Part shown: piece by piece, positions 62,400-64,000 of the stretch
Numbering within the stretch: the stretch's first letter is position 1
Layout: every line of letters starts with the position of its first letter
From: Lytechinus pictus
Taxonomy: Eukaryota
Length of the DNA stretch: 64,000 bases
Assembly: GCF_037042905.1 (NCBI RefSeq)
Contig: NC_087247.1
Span: 77,810,001 to 77,874,000 of the forward strand
Direction: 5' to 3'
Notes under the pieces: generated by a model
Told to the model about the DNA's origin: nothing
Databases searched by the model: none
What the model saw: only the letters and a program-made list of their open reading frames with translations
Translations under genes and position numbers: made by a program

Positions 62400-63216
62400 C
62401 TGTTATCACAATCACAAACGTATCACATTTATCCATAATTACATAACTCTATTTTTTTTCATTTAAAAGGTTTGGTGAAATTCCAGCTCATTCCTATCTC
62501 ATGTTAACATGGTTAATGTATATGACTTAAAACTGTTAAGGTGTGGTTGGAATTTAAAGAAAAAAGAATAAACAGAATTTTGCTTTCGAGATCCTGGCAA
62601 AATGAAAATTTTGCTTACTTTCCTTTTTATTATAAAAATACTTCTCAATAGTGCAATGAGATTAAATTTTAGAATATATTTTTCTTCAAAGCTTTCATAT
62701 ATACAATCACTAAATTTGTAAGGTAACAGATCAATGGGTCTAAAAATAATAAACATATAGAGGGGGTCTAATATCCTTTAATGTAAAATTCAATTTCTCA
62801 CAAATCAAATCATAAGACAGAGTGAAAAGTCGCTAATCTAAAATGATCGATGGCACTCCAGATTAACTCATATTATTGAAACTCAAACAATTTTAGATAA
62901 GCCTTAAATGTAACTTTGGCCATTTACGAGCAAATAGAGTAGCTTACAAATAATTTCACCGCTCTCCTGTGATTAGATACAAAACTATAAAATGTATATC
63001 TACACCAAATTGGAAAAGCATATACAGGCCCACATGCAAATGAACACCTTAGAATGTTGGCTTCAAGTGGTTTGATACAACTTTTTAAAAGTTACATCAC
63101 GTTTGATTTGGTTAAATAGTTATGAATAAAGACGAAGTGTGATTCTTCATCTCTCATACAGTTTTACATAATTATAAGTTTTAGTTTATTCTTTGTTTGT
63201 TTGTTTGTTTGTTCAC

Positions 63217-63393
63217 CTCGACAAATGTCACTTTTTTCTATGTCCCAGCTGCCGCTGCTCTGGCAAATGATGAAGTCTACAGCAGGAACAAGATCCGAGT
63301 AACATATTACTGAACAATTACTTCCGGGGGATCTGTCACACGACTCTTCTACACCTCCGTACATGAAGTCCAATGGGCATTCAATGTTCAGTT
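63217..63393 (-). CDS. Protease exon: short CCP/sushi-like domain (gene continues beyond the window)
   Basis: cttAG|AA CTG...CGA G|GTGAA; IECP...CDRSPGSNCSVIC...IICQSSGSW...IC; phase 1/1. Confidence 0.85.
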
Positions 63394-63866
63394 CTAAGAG
63401 AAACAGTATTTTAATATGATTATGGGAAGTTTCTTACATTAGCAGATTTTTCTGGGATGTGTATTAACTGTATCAAAATTCGCGGGAATTGAAGCATATG
63501 ATAAAGTCATATGCCCCCCCCCCCCAGTATAAAAAAAAGGTGTGATGAAGATATTGAGACTTTCATCACTTTATGGAGGGTGTACTTTGCGAATTATTAT
63601 AGAAGAAACAATACAATCTCACCATTGAAGATTCTAGAAAAAAAACATTCGCCCTAAAAGCAAAGAATATACTCGAAATCGTTAAATCATATTTGTATAA
63701 TGATAATTATTTCCAAATATGACAGCAACAGTAAATGAGCACCCCCCCCCAAAAAAAAAAAAAATAAAAAATAAAACAATAAATTGAAAGAATATGAAGA
63801 AAGAAGAATGAAGGTGCTGGTCGGACAAGGCGTATGGGGCAATACACCCCCCCCCCACACACACAC

Positions 63867-63916
<50 letters not shown>

Positions 63917-64000
63917 ACACACAAATTAAATTGAAATGTATCAAGTTCAGGGAAAGTGCTCGATGTTTCAACTGAAGCAGAGCGTTGTAGAAATTTTACT

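Overview
AT-rich eukaryotic DNA, probably sea urchin/echinoderm (inferred from repeat families and gene content; not verified by search). Two spliced minus-strand genes were reconstructed by hand from GT-AG sites with consistent intron phases. (1) An 8-exon EFCC1/CCDC48-like gene (about 639 aa, 41000 to 3876). (2) The 3' seven exons of a mosaic serine protease, CCP-CCP-Ig-Ig-trypsin domain, with thrombin/factor X-like hallmarks (63393 to 49828; 5' end lies beyond the window). The most striking structure is in an EFCC1-like intron: a 12.2-kb head-to-tail array of (TAA)n-targeting R4/Dong-type RLE non-LTR retrotransposons. It holds one near-full-length copy, three identically 5'-truncated copies, three ~88-bp 3'UTR-only mini-copies and one fragment of a second family. 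The array sits inside an hAT-type MITE (13-bp TIR, 8-bp TSD), which itself splits a DINE-1/HINE-like element. Other notable items: a 41-bp minisatellite made of an entire 3' splice site, a Penelope-type minimal hammerhead ribozyme inside a palindrome, two adjacent solo LTRs with TSDs, an 864-bp tandem duplication ending at a TIR, tRNA-derived SINEs, Tx1/L1 and L2/CR1 remnants and many nested MITEs. No CRISPR, rRNA or true tRNA gene was found.
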